Shown here one piece after another: positions 38,450-47,927 of a DNA stretch of 64,000 nt. The number at the start of each line of letters is the position of its first letter. The stretch's first letter is position 1. This stretch comes from Candidatus Omnitrophota bacterium. GTDB lineage: Bacteria > Omnitrophota > Gorgyraeia > JAFGHF01. The stretch is taken from assembly GCA_020341815.1 (NCBI GenBank), contig CP070837.1, forward strand, positions 311,035-375,034, given 5' to 3'. The notes below the pieces were generated by a model. That model was given only the letters and a program-made list of their open reading frames with translations, ran no database searches and was not told where the DNA came from. Position numbers and translations under genes: made by a program.

Positions 38450-39742
38450 ATGACCCAACTGGAACAGGCAAAAAAGAATAGAATAACTCCTCAAATGAAA
38501 AAGGTGGCTCGTAATGAAGGGGTTAGTTTTGAGTTTATTCGCGAGAAGCTTGCTGAGGGAAAAATAGTCATCCCTTACAATAAAATCCATAGCCCCAAGA
38601 GGCCTTGCGGCATAGGGGAGGGCTTAACCACAAAAGTCAACGCCAATATCGGCACTTCCAGTGACTATTCAAAGATAAACGAGGAACTGAAGAAAACGAA
38701 GATATCGGTCTTGGCCGGGGCCCATACCGTTATGGACCTAAGCACAGGGGGGAATATTTCTCAGGTGCGCAGAGCTATTTTACGAAATTGTCCTGTGCCT
38801 TTGGGGACCGTGCCTATCTATCAGTCCGCAATCAATGCAGTAAAAAATAACGGCTCCATTGCCGGAATGAGCGAAAACGACATCTTTGCAACCATCGAAG
38901 AACAGGCTAAAGACGGGGTGGACTTTTTCACTCTGCACTGCGGGGTAACGCTTGAGTCCGTTGCCCGCTTAAAGAATCAAGAAAGAATTACCGATGTGGT
39001 CAGCCGGGGCGGAGCCATTTTGATAGAATGGATGTCAAAGAATAAAAAAGAAAACCCCTTATATGAACATTTCGATCGGGTTTTGGATATTGTCAAGAAA
39101 TATGATGTGACCATAAGTCTGGGGGACGGCATGCGCCCGGGCTCAATAGCCGATGCCACCGACAGAACCCAGATTCAGGAATTAATTTTATTAGGAGAGT
39201 TGGCCGAGCGCTGCCGAAAAAAGGGCGTGCAGGTAATGATTGAGGGGCCCGGACACATGCCCCTGAATCAGATTCAAGCCAATGTCTTATTGCAGAAAAG
39301 GCTCTGCCACGGCGCTCCTTTCTATGTATTGGGGCCTTTAGTAACGGATAGCGCTCCCGGCTATGACCATATCACCGCTGCTATCGGCGGGGCCCAGGCC
39401 GCTTCTTACGGAGCCGACTTTCTCTGTTACGTAACTCGTTCGGAACATCTGAGGCTGCCTACGCTTGAAGATGTACGCGAAGGAGTAATCACTACGCGTA
39501 TCGCTGCCCATGCAGCCGATATCGCCAAAGGAATAAAAAAGGCCATAGACCATGATGCAAAAATATCAACTGCGCGCAGAAAAAGGAACTGGAGAAAACA
39601 GATAGAGCTGGCCATTGACCGTGAACGTCCCGGCAAGATGCGCCGGAAGTTTAAGTCATCGACCAAGGATGTCTGCACTATGTGCAGTGAATATTGCTCC
39701 ATGAAATTAATGGATTCGGCAAAAAGGGAGTTAAAGAAATGA
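38450..39742 (+). CDS. thiC: Phosphomethylpyrimidine synthase
   Basis: KVNANIG, MDLSTGG, VSRGG, EGPGH and CTMCSEYC motifs. Confidence 0.98.
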   Translation: MTQLEQAKKNRITPQMKKVARNEGVSFEFIREKLAEGKIVIPYNKIHSPKRPCGIGEGLTTKVNANIGTSSDYSKINEELKKTKISVLAGAHTVMDLSTGGNISQVRRAILRNCPVPLGTVPIYQSAINAVKNNGSIAGMSENDIFATIEEQAKDGVDFFTLHCGVTLESVARLKNQERITDVVSRGGAILIEWMSKNKKENPLYEHFDRVLDIVKKYDVTISLGDGMRPGSIADATDRTQIQELILLGELAERCRKKGVQVMIEGPGHMPLNQIQANVLLQKRLCHGAPFYVLGPLVTDSAPGYDHITAAIGGAQAASYGADFLCYVTRSEHLRLPTLEDVREGVITTRIAAHAADIAKGIKKAIDHDAKISTARRKRNWRKQIELAIDRERPGKMRRKFKSSTKDVCTMCSEYCSMKLMDSAKRELKK

Positions 39743-40668
39743 GCATTTTAGTCGTAGGTACGGTAGCCCTGGATACGGTCCAAACTCCTTTCGGTAAAGT
39801 CAAGAATGCTCTTGGCGGTTCGGCCTCATATTCGGCCCTGAGCGCAAGTTTTTTTAGCAAAGTAAAACTCTCCTCTATTGTCGGAAGCGACTTTCCTCAA
39901 GAGTTTATAACCCTTTTCCAGAGAAGAGGAATTGACACCGAAGGATTGGATATAAAAAAGGGTAAGACCTTCAGATGGTCGGGCTTTTACAGCTACGACC
40001 TTAACACTGCCCAGACTCTAAAGACAGAATTAAATCTGCTTTCGCATTTTAATCCGGATATAAGCGGCGATTATCAAGATGCAAAATTTGTTCTTCTGGC
40101 GAATATCAGCCCGCATGTTCAACTGGAAGTTATCAGGCAACTAAAAGGCCCTCGCCTAATCGTCTGCGACACAATGAATTACTGGATCGAGCATGAACAA
40201 AAGCCCTTAAAGCAGGTGATTAAAAAAAGTGATATATTGATTTTGAATAATTCCGAGGCGCGGGAGCTGACTCAGGAATCCAATCTGATTAAAGCAGGTA
40301 AGGCCCTTCTTGCCCTCGGCGTGCGTCTGGTTATTGTAAAGAAAGGGGAATACGGCTGTTCGCTCTTTTCGCGAGGCTCCTCATTTTCTATCCCTGCCTA
40401 TTTACTGGAAAATGTCTTAGACCCTACGGGAGCAGGGGATACCTTTGCCGGTGGATTTTTAGGCTATCTTGCTGCCTGCCCTAAAATTACCGAATCCTCT
40501 TTTAAGGCGGCAATTGTCATAGGAACTATTATGTCTTCCTATGTCGTAGAAGACTTTAGCCTCAACCGTTTAAATAAATTAAAAAAAGAAGATATCCGCA
40601 ACAGGTTCGAGGCTTTTCAACGTATGACTAATTTCAGCAACAGGATTAATTTAAGGATGCGGGTGTAG
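39739..40668 (+). CDS. PfkB family carbohydrate/nucleoside kinase
   Basis: GTVALD, LGGSA, DTMNYWI and DPTGAGDTFAGG motifs. Start reassigned to ATG 39739. Confidence 0.92.
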   Translation: MSILVVGTVALDTVQTPFGKVKNALGGSASYSALSASFFSKVKLSSIVGSDFPQEFITLFQRRGIDTEGLDIKKGKTFRWSGFYSYDLNTAQTLKTELNLLSHFNPDISGDYQDAKFVLLANISPHVQLEVIRQLKGPRLIVCDTMNYWIEHEQKPLKQVIKKSDILILNNSEARELTQESNLIKAGKALLALGVRLVIVKKGEYGCSLFSRGSSFSIPAYLLENVLDPTGAGDTFAGGFLGYLAACPKITESSFKAAIVIGTIMSSYVVEDFSLNRLNKLKKEDIRNRFEAFQRMTNFSNRINLRMRV

Positions 40669-40729
40669 TTCAATGGTAGAACATTAGCTTCCCAAGCTAA
40701 CAGCGGCGGTTCGATTCCGCTCACCCGCT
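40659..40729 (+). tRNA. tRNA-Gly (anticodon CCC), CCA not encoded
   Basis: GCGGGTG/CACCCGC acceptor stem, D-arm GTTCAATGGTAGAAC, anticodon arm TTAGC-TTCCCAA-GCTAA and T-loop TTCGATT. Confidence 0.96.
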
Positions 40730-40763
40730 TTGCAGCTACTTGACAATTGACAAGAGAATGAAA

Positions 40764-41441
40764 ATGAAAAAGTTTTTATTATATATTGTATACTGTATAC
40801 TGACAATTAGTTTAATTGGCTGCGCTACCGGTGGCAGCAGGCGGGTGCCTCTTCCGCCGCAAGGAGCCAAGGGGCTATATCATCGGGTCAAAAAAGGCGA
40901 AAGCCTCTGGAGGATATCCAAGGCCTATGGGGTAGAGCTGGAGAAAATCTCCCGCACTAATCGGCTGGCCGACTCATCCAGAATTTATGTAGGCCAGCTT
41001 ATTTTTATTCCGGAGGCAACTAGTGTTATGGCCGATTTAACACTGGAGACGGACTTTACAGATAAAGGAGGCAATTTTATCTGGCCGGCGAAGGGCAGGG
41101 TCACCTCCTTTTTTGGAATGAAAAACGAGGGAGTGAAAAACAAAGGCATCTCCGTCCAGATAAACAAAGGTAATCCCGTTAAAGCAGCCCGCTCGGGAAA
41201 GGTAGCCTTCTGTAGTGAAAACCTAAAGGGTTACGGAAGGACAATTATCCTGGATCATTTAGACGGGTATTCCACAGTTTATGCTTACAATTCGGAGAAC
41301 TTGGTAGAATTGAATCAGCTGGTAAAACAGGGCCAGGTTATTGCCCGCGCAGGCACAAGCGGCAGGAAAAAAACCCCTGAGCTTTATTTTGAAATCAGAA
41401 AAGGGCATAAACCCCAGAACCCTTTCTTTTACCTGCCTTAA
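40764..41441 (+). CDS. LysM + M23 peptidase-family lipoprotein (NlpD-like)
   Basis: Lipobox LIGC, LysM (HRVKKGESLWRIS) and WPAKG...YFEIR. Zinc ligands are degenerate (NKGIS, YAYN), as in NlpD/EnvC activators. Confidence 0.88.
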   Translation: MKKFLLYIVYCILTISLIGCATGGSRRVPLPPQGAKGLYHRVKKGESLWRISKAYGVELEKISRTNRLADSSRIYVGQLIFIPEATSVMADLTLETDFTDKGGNFIWPAKGRVTSFFGMKNEGVKNKGISVQINKGNPVKAARSGKVAFCSENLKGYGRTIILDHLDGYSTVYAYNSENLVELNQLVKQGQVIARAGTSGRKKTPELYFEIRKGHKPQNPFFYLP

Positions 41442-41455
41442 AGATAAGAGGATAT

Positions 41456-43084
41456 ATGTTCAGCGATCCTGTTGTCGGCAATAAATTTTTCGGAAGAAAC
41501 GTACCTTTAACTCTATTTTCCAAAAGGGTTAACGGCTTAAAGGACGGCTACCGGCAGAATATCGCAATTATCGGTCCTGAGCTTATCGGCAAGTCCTCCT
41601 TTGTCCTGCATTTCTTTTCCCAGTTTAAACACCCTCAGATTATTCCTATCTATATTGACTTAAGGCGAAATTCCTTCAGCCATTTTATTTATAAGTTCCT
41701 GGGCACCCTGCTTTATCAATATCTCAAGAATATAAATTTTCATCTTCCCCAGGAGTTTGAGGCCCTTAAAGAGTATGCCGAAAAGACTGTTCCCCAGACA
41801 GTCGGAGATATCCGCAAAGTTGAAGAATGCGTCAAGAATTCGCAATTTGACCGGGCCTACGAAAGCCTTTTAAAGCTGACTGCCGTTTTGAAAGAAGAAA
41901 GCGGCATGTCCTCTATAATCATACTGGATGAATTTCATCTTCTGGACAGCTATAAAATACGCTCGCCATTTTCCGTTTTCGCCAAAGAAATCATGATGCA
42001 GAAAGACACTATGTATGTACTTATCAGTTCACAGGTAAGTTATGCCAAAAGAATTTTTGCAAATGAGCTTTCTCTTCTGTTCGGAAATTTCGAGATTATC
42101 CATCTTGCGCCTTTTGATTACAAAACTTCCTGCGAATTCCTCAAAAAACGCTTTTGCGATATCAATCTGCCGCAAAATATCAGGGATTTTTTAATCGCTG
42201 AAAGCAACGGCCACCCTTTTTATCTGGATATATTGAGCAATAAGCTGGCAGAGAAGGCCAAAGAGCTCAATAAGAGCGAAATTACGAGCATTCTTTTGGC
42301 CGAGGCATTTAATTCCTTAATTTATGACTCCAAGGGAATCCTCAACCAATACTTTACAAATCTCATCGGCCAGAGTCTTAACGGCGCCGATTATTCAAAC
42401 TTTATGCCTGTTCTGGTATCTGCTACCACCCGAGCGATGAGCCTTGCCGATATATCCAGAACTACAAAGCGCCGGCCCAAGATTGTCTCGCGACAAGTCA
42501 ATTCTCTCCTGGATAAAGACCTGGTTGGTAAAGTAGGGACATTTTACAGAATACAGGATAAGATATTCCGCTTTTGGTTAAAATCGGTCTATCATAGAAA
42601 AAGCCTTTCCTTGAGCGTAGACCCCACCAGCCAGTCAAATGACTTCTCCAAGGAAATAGAAGCGCAAATCACGAGATTTTCCGAAGAGAATAAAAAGGAA
42701 TTGACCGAAAGAATAAGCGACCTCTTTAAATCTTTCGATAATGAAATTGTTGTGATTCAAAATAAATCTTCGAAATTCTGGCGCTTTGAAGAGGTCCGGC
42801 CGTGGCTGGCGAAAGAGTTAGATAATTGTATAATTGCCCGTTACAAGGACGGATACTGGGCCTGCCTGATTAAAAAAGAGCAGATTACGGAAAGCGAAAT
42901 ACAACAGTTCCTGCATTGTTGTAAAAGCTCGAAATATAAAATAAATAAGGCTATTGTTGTTGCTCTTGAGGAGCTGGACTTAAATGTGCGCCTGGCGGCT
43001 TTAGAGAAAAAACTCTGGATTTGGAACCTTTGCGACCTAAAGCTGCTTCTTGATATCTACGGAAAGGAGCAGATTGTCCAATGA
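41456..43084 (+). CDS. Archaeal-type AAA ATPase with winged helix and C-terminal restriction-like domain
   Basis: FFGR, Walker A GPELIGKS, Walker B ILDEF, GHPFYL and FRFW motifs. Confidence 0.75.
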   Translation: MFSDPVVGNKFFGRNVPLTLFSKRVNGLKDGYRQNIAIIGPELIGKSSFVLHFFSQFKHPQIIPIYIDLRRNSFSHFIYKFLGTLLYQYLKNINFHLPQEFEALKEYAEKTVPQTVGDIRKVEECVKNSQFDRAYESLLKLTAVLKEESGMSSIIILDEFHLLDSYKIRSPFSVFAKEIMMQKDTMYVLISSQVSYAKRIFANELSLLFGNFEIIHLAPFDYKTSCEFLKKRFCDINLPQNIRDFLIAESNGHPFYLDILSNKLAEKAKELNKSEITSILLAEAFNSLIYDSKGILNQYFTNLIGQSLNGADYSNFMPVLVSATTRAMSLADISRTTKRRPKIVSRQVNSLLDKDLVGKVGTFYRIQDKIFRFWLKSVYHRKSLSLSVDPTSQSNDFSKEIEAQITRFSEENKKELTERISDLFKSFDNEIVVIQNKSSKFWRFEEVRPWLAKELDNCIIARYKDGYWACLIKKEQITESEIQQFLHCCKSSKYKINKAIVVALEELDLNVRLAALEKKLWIWNLCDLKLLLDIYGKEQIVQ

Positions 43085-43572
43085 AAATAGGTATAATTTC
43101 CGATACCCACATACCTACGCCTGAGGACCTGCCGGATGAAGTCCTTAAAGCTCTAGCCGATACAGACTTAATCCTGCACGCAGGGGACCTGGTGAGCCTG
43201 GCTATTCTGGCAAGATTGAAAGAAATAGGCCCCGAAGTTAAAGCGGTATGGGGGAATATGGATCCGCCGGAGGTAAAACGCGCCCTGCCGGAGAAACAAC
43301 TCATTCAAATAAAAGAATTTCGTATTGGCCTGACGCACGGCTCAGGCGCACCAACAGGCCTGGTGGAAAAAGTGAAAGAGAAGTTCAAGGGGGAGCGGAT
43401 TGATTGTATAGTTTATGGTCATTCCCATTCTCCCGCCAACGAAATCCATGAAAATATCCTCTATTTCAATCCCGGCAGCCCCACCGATAAAGTATTCGCC
43501 CCGTATAATTCATACGGAATACTGGAAATAGACAAAAAGATAACGGGCAAAATAATAAAATTAACCGGTTAA
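43081..43572 (+). CDS. YfcE/MJ0936-family metallophosphoesterase
   Basis: ISDTH, HAGD, GNMD, THG, GHSH and NPGS motifs. Confidence 0.93.
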   Translation: MKIGIISDTHIPTPEDLPDEVLKALADTDLILHAGDLVSLAILARLKEIGPEVKAVWGNMDPPEVKRALPEKQLIQIKEFRIGLTHGSGAPTGLVEKVKEKFKGERIDCIVYGHSHSPANEIHENILYFNPGSPTDKVFAPYNSYGILEIDKKITGKIIKLTG

Positions 43573-43575
43573 ATT

Positions 43576-44733
43576 ATGCTTAAGCGTAAAGAGTTCGAGA
43601 AAGCCGAAGATAATTTCCTGGCAAGCTTTGCCGTCAAGAGCAAAAACTCTAAAGGACGCGTTTACCCAGAAAAAGAACACCCCTATCGTTCGGCTTTTCA
43701 ACGCGACAGAGACAGGATTATCCATTCCACGGCCTTCCGCAGGCTGGAATACAAAACCCAGGTTTTTGTCAATCATGAAGGCGACTATTACCGCACGCGC
43801 CTGACCCACACCTTAGAGGTTGCCCAGATTGCCAGGACCATTGCCCGGGCTCTTCGGCTAAACGAAGATTTGGTAGAGGCTATAGCCCTGGCTCATGACC
43901 TCGGGCACACCCCTTTCGGCCATGCGGGTGAGGAAACGCTAAATGAGCTAATGGCAGCACACGGCGGCTTTGAACACAATGCCCAGGGCTTGAGAGTAGT
44001 GGATTATCTTGAAGAAAGATACCCCGATTTTAAAGGGCTGAATCTAACCTGGGAGCTGAGGGAAGGCATCGTTAAACACTCAACGGCTTTTGACCACCCG
44101 CGCTTATGTTCGGAAGAATTCAAAAGTTACAGGTTTCCTACCTTAGAGGCACAGGTAGTGGATGTTGCCGATGAAATTGCCTATGACAGCCATGACACCG
44201 ATGATGGCATAACCTCAGGGCTTATTGATATCGAAGATCTTAGGCAGATTGAGCTTTGGTGCCGGGCTCAGGAAGAGATATCCCAAAAATACCCTCAATT
44301 GAAAGAAGAAATTCAAAAATACCAAATCGTTAAATCCCTGATCAATCTTCAGGTGCAGGATATAATTGAACAGGCAGAGCGGAATCTGGGTGAGTTTAAT
44401 ATCCGTTCTTTAAACGAAGTGAGAAATGCTTCCTCAAGGCTTTTGACATTTAGCGATGAAATCGCCGAAAAACGAAATCAGCTCAGACAACTGCTTAATC
44501 AAAAACTATACCAGCATTATAAGGTAGTAAGAATGTCCAGCAAGGCCCGAAAGTTCATTCAGGAGCTTTTTCAATGCTATATTTCCAATCCTCAGCAGCT
44601 TCCAACTACAAGCAGGGGAAGGCTGCAGGATGAAGGGGCCCACAGGGTTGTTTGTGATTATATAGCGGGCATGACAGACAGATACGCCCAGAATGAATAC
44701 CGCAGACTTTTCCAGCCCTATCAAAGCATATAA
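43576..44733 (+). CDS. dgt: Deoxyguanosinetriphosphate triphosphohydrolase
   Basis: FQRDRDRIIHS, RTRLTHTLEV, HDLGHTPFGHAGE and DYIAGMTDRYA motifs. Confidence 0.96.
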   Translation: MLKRKEFEKAEDNFLASFAVKSKNSKGRVYPEKEHPYRSAFQRDRDRIIHSTAFRRLEYKTQVFVNHEGDYYRTRLTHTLEVAQIARTIARALRLNEDLVEAIALAHDLGHTPFGHAGEETLNELMAAHGGFEHNAQGLRVVDYLEERYPDFKGLNLTWELREGIVKHSTAFDHPRLCSEEFKSYRFPTLEAQVVDVADEIAYDSHDTDDGITSGLIDIEDLRQIELWCRAQEEISQKYPQLKEEIQKYQIVKSLINLQVQDIIEQAERNLGEFNIRSLNEVRNASSRLLTFSDEIAEKRNQLRQLLNQKLYQHYKVVRMSSKARKFIQELFQCYISNPQQLPTTSRGRLQDEGAHRVVCDYIAGMTDRYAQNEYRRLFQPYQSI

Positions 44734-44756
44734 AGCAGATAAAGATATATTTATGC

Positions 44757-44785
44757 TTGCCAGCTCTTATCTTTTAGGATATAAT
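44757..44785 (+). promoter_or_regulatory. Sigma70-type promoter of the HD-GYP gene
   Basis: TTGCCA-17 bp-TATAAT. Confidence 0.7.
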
Positions 44786-44800
44786 TAGAAGTTAATTAAA

Positions 44801-46360
44801 ATGAGAAGAGATAAGAAGAAGTATCAAGAGGAACTCCTTAAGAAATTATCCAAGAGCCCCGGCCTTGGGAAAGAAAAAGAGCTCATCGCGCAACTATTTA
44901 AAAAGCCTCTGTTCTGGATAGCTGCAGGCCCAGGCGCAGATGTAATGTCTCTTGCGCGCGCCAATTCAATTTGCCGGGGAAGAAAAGGCCCAAAAAAAGA
45001 AAAGTGCCTTGAGTGCTTCAACCGGGTTCTGAAAAAGGCGAAGAAATCACGAAAATTAGAACGGTTTTTATGTCCGGCTCACTGCGGCGAGGGTTTTTGT
45101 CTGCCCCTGGTCCAAGGGGATGCCCTTTATGGCTTTTTGATGGTCTGCCATTTAGAGAACCGTCCTTCCCGTGAATTCTTGCGCTTATTCGAAGCCTTGA
45201 ATAGCACGCTTCTGGAAAAGGCACAGAAGGAACTGGAGTTATCCAAGCTTTATCAAAGCATCAGGCCCCGGGCAATAGCCTTATCTACGGTCCATACTAT
45301 TTACAGGCTAATCAGCTCAAGTCTTAATCTGGACGAATTGCTACCCAGGATTGCCAGACTTACGCTTCAGATATTACGGGCCAGGCGCTGCGTAATTAGT
45401 TTAGTGGATAAGAAAACCAAGCGGCTTATCCCCAAAACGGTTATAGATCTTTCTAAAAAGAAAACAAAGTTGCAAATCTCACCTATTCTCAAGAGAGTGC
45501 AGAGCAGGGTGATGCACAGCGGCAATATTTTGCTTAAGAAATCATATCTTTCGGTGCCATTAATCGATGAAGAGCCGATAGGGGTAATTACGGTCTCCGA
45601 GAAAACGAACAGAAAATCTTTTGATAATTTTGACCGGGAAATATTGACCGCTCTTTCTGAACAGGCCATAGGGGCGATAAAGAATGCCCAGCTTTATAAA
45701 GAGCAGGAAGATATGCTTCTGGGTACTGTTAAGTCGCTTTCGACTTTGCTTAAGGTCAAGTCGGGTTATCCCTATGCCCATTCAAAGATATTTATGGATA
45801 TCGTCATGGGTATTGCCCAGGAATTGCACTGCTCCGAAGAAGAGTTACGAAACTTGCGATTTGCCGCAATGCTGCATGATGCCGGAAAAATCGGAATTCC
45901 TGAAGAAATCTTAAAGAAACCCGCGCAGCTAAGCGGCAGGGAATACGAGATTGTTAAAAGGCATCCCAAAAAAGGGGCAAAAATCTTAAGTCCTCTGGAG
46001 CGGCTTAAACCCGCTGTTGAGGTTATCCTGCATCACCACGAGAGGTTTGACGGAACCGGATACCCCGACAAACTCAAAGGAGAAAAGATACCTCTGGGGG
46101 CCAGGATTATGGCCGTGGCCGATAGTTTTGAAGCTATGATTTCCCGGCGGCCGTATCGCAAATCTACTTCAATCCTTGAAGCTATTGAGGAAATCAAAAG
46201 ACAAAGCGGAAGGCAATTTGATCCGCGGATAATAAAAGCCTTTTTGAAATTCGCCAGAACCAAAGCTTTTGAAAAATTAATTTTTAAACGCATTCATCTG
46301 CCGGCTGAGCAATGGCCTGTACTCATGCGTATAATAAAAAAGGAGGGGGCGCATGTTTAA
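44801..46360 (+). CDS. PocR-like sensor + GAF + HD-GYP cyclic dinucleotide phosphodiesterase
   Basis: Cys-rich N-terminus, GAF (LSVPL...IGVI) and LHDAGK...HHERFDGTGYP motifs. Confidence 0.88.
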   Translation: MRRDKKKYQEELLKKLSKSPGLGKEKELIAQLFKKPLFWIAAGPGADVMSLARANSICRGRKGPKKEKCLECFNRVLKKAKKSRKLERFLCPAHCGEGFCLPLVQGDALYGFLMVCHLENRPSREFLRLFEALNSTLLEKAQKELELSKLYQSIRPRAIALSTVHTIYRLISSSLNLDELLPRIARLTLQILRARRCVISLVDKKTKRLIPKTVIDLSKKKTKLQISPILKRVQSRVMHSGNILLKKSYLSVPLIDEEPIGVITVSEKTNRKSFDNFDREILTALSEQAIGAIKNAQLYKEQEDMLLGTVKSLSTLLKVKSGYPYAHSKIFMDIVMGIAQELHCSEEELRNLRFAAMLHDAGKIGIPEEILKKPAQLSGREYEIVKRHPKKGAKILSPLERLKPAVEVILHHHERFDGTGYPDKLKGEKIPLGARIMAVADSFEAMISRRPYRKSTSILEAIEEIKRQSGRQFDPRIIKAFLKFARTKAFEKLIFKRIHLPAEQWPVLMRIIKKEGAHV

Positions 46361-46886
46361 TTCAAGCGGTAAAGATAAACAAGCGGAATTCTTCAGCGAC
46401 TTGCCTCAACCCAAAAAAAAGACCAAGAAAAAGGCTTTTGCCCTAACGCGCATCGCCATATCTTTATCGTATGAAAATCTTATATTTCTGGCAATTGGCT
46501 CGGTAATGATTCTGATGGTTTCCTATTCCCTGGGGGTAGAAAGAGGAAAAGGCTTAAATCCAGTTAAAACTGCAATAATAAAGGTTGAGGCCGAAGAAGA
46601 AGAAATTAAAGAAACGCCTACGGAAAAACGCCCTGAGGCCCAGAAAAAGATAAGGATAGAGGTTGCTTCCGGAAAATATACGATTCAGGTGGCCACTCTG
46701 CGCAGAACAAACTCCGTGGAAAAGGAATTGAAACGGCTTGAGAATCGGGGTTATGCCCCGTTCGTAATTAACCGGGGGAAATTTTCCGAAATATGCGTGG
46801 GAGACTATAAAGATAAAAGTGAGGCCTATATAGATTTGAAAAAATTAAAAAGCCTCTATGCCGATTGCTATATGCGCAATAAGTAA
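46353..46886 (+). CDS. SPOR domain membrane protein
   Basis: Single TM, LGVERGK and C-terminal YTIQVAT SPOR motif. Confidence 0.8.
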   Translation: MFNSSGKDKQAEFFSDLPQPKKKTKKKAFALTRIAISLSYENLIFLAIGSVMILMVSYSLGVERGKGLNPVKTAIIKVEAEEEEIKETPTEKRPEAQKKIRIEVASGKYTIQVATLRRTNSVEKELKRLENRGYAPFVINRGKFSEICVGDYKDKSEAYIDLKKLKSLYADCYMRNK

Positions 46887-46916
46887 AATGCTCAACGAGG
46901 AAAGGAGAAATGCAAC

Positions 46917-47213
46917 ATGTCTGTTCACCCCAGTTTAAGCTCAAAAGGTAAAAGTAAGCGCAGCCGAAGTGTGCTTAAGCGCTTTGAAAGAGTGAAGCAT
47001 CTGGAGGAAAAAGAAAAAAGAAAAGCAGACGATTCCGTCTTTGGCTTACCTAAAGTTAAGGCCGTTCGATGGAAGCTCAAGAAGACAAAGAAAGCCGCTG
47101 AGGCAGAGGCAGAGAAGCCCGAAACACAAGAGACTAAGGCGCCTGCCGCAGAGGCACCTGCTGCCAAGAAGAAACCTGCGTCAGGCAGGGAAGAAAAACC
47201 TCCTAAAAAATGA
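46917..47213 (+). CDS. PVC-superphylum signature small basic protein with an Ala/Glu/Lys tail
   Basis: MSVHPSL...RSVLKRFER...SVFGLPKVK matches the remembered pattern of the PVC small basic protein family. Confidence 0.85.
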   Translation: MSVHPSLSSKGKSKRSRSVLKRFERVKHLEEKEKRKADDSVFGLPKVKAVRWKLKKTKKAAEAEAEKPETQETKAPAAEAPAAKKKPASGREEKPPKK

Positions 47214-47818
47214 TTTTGATTTCGCTTCCGATTTTCTTTATTGCGGTTGTGATTCATGAATATGCCCATGGCTGGGTGGCCTACAAATTAGGCGACCCCA
47301 CGGCGAAGTATGCCGGCAGGCTTACTCTCAACCCCCTGGCCCATATAGATATGATGGGAACGATAGTTCTGCCGCTTCTGTTAATCATGATGCGTTCTCC
47401 GTTTATCTTCGGCTGGGCAAAGCCTGTGCCCATAAACTTTGCTCTTCTGCGCCGGCCCAGGCAGGATATATTCTGGGTAAGCATAGCAGGGATTGCCGCT
47501 AATCTCTTACTGGCTGTATTTCTTGCTTTTTTATTAAGAATAAGGCTATTTCCGCTTAACAGCTATGGCTGGCTATTTTTAAATTACGGAATTATCATCA
47601 ATTTAGTGCTGGCGGTTTTTAACGCCATCCCCATACCGCCCTTGGACGGCTCAAAAATTCTGTTGCGATTTTTACCCACGGATTTGGCCCGTTCATATCT
47701 TCAGCTTGAGCGTTTCGGTTTTCTTATCCTCATAATCCTTTTGTGGATGGGGCTATTAAGAAAGATTATCTGGCCGTTGGTAATAACCCTGGCCCGTAGT
47801 TTAGGAGTAAGCTTTTAA
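47210..47818 (+). CDS. Site-2 protease family (M50) protein
   Basis: HEYAH, GDPT...GRLTLNP, GWAKPVP and FNAIPIPPLDG motifs. Confidence 0.95.
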   Translation: MILISLPIFFIAVVIHEYAHGWVAYKLGDPTAKYAGRLTLNPLAHIDMMGTIVLPLLLIMMRSPFIFGWAKPVPINFALLRRPRQDIFWVSIAGIAANLLLAVFLAFLLRIRLFPLNSYGWLFLNYGIIINLVLAVFNAIPIPPLDGSKILLRFLPTDLARSYLQLERFGFLILIILLWMGLLRKIIWPLVITLARSLGVSF

Positions 47819-47820
47819 AA

Positions 47821-47911
47821 CAGTATTTAGTCGTTCGTATTTCGTATCTAGTAAAACAAAAAAATAATAAAAATTTTTAACAAGATACTAGATACTAGCG
47901 ACTAGATACTA
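47821..47911. repeat. Heptamer-array palindrome, copy 2
   Basis: CAGTATT TAGTCGT TCGTATT TCGTATC, an A-rich core, then AAGATAC TAGATAC TAGCGAC TAGATAC. Confidence 0.9.
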
Positions 47912-47927
47912 TATAGAAGAAAAAATT

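Noticed and set aside
40740-40752. Tandem TTGACA after tRNA-Gly as a promoter or att site
   Set aside because: No matching -10, no duplicated tRNA 3' end and no integrase in the window.
43561-43572. 12-bp palindrome TTAACCGGTTAA
   Set aside because: Single short occurrence at a gene end; compatible with chance.
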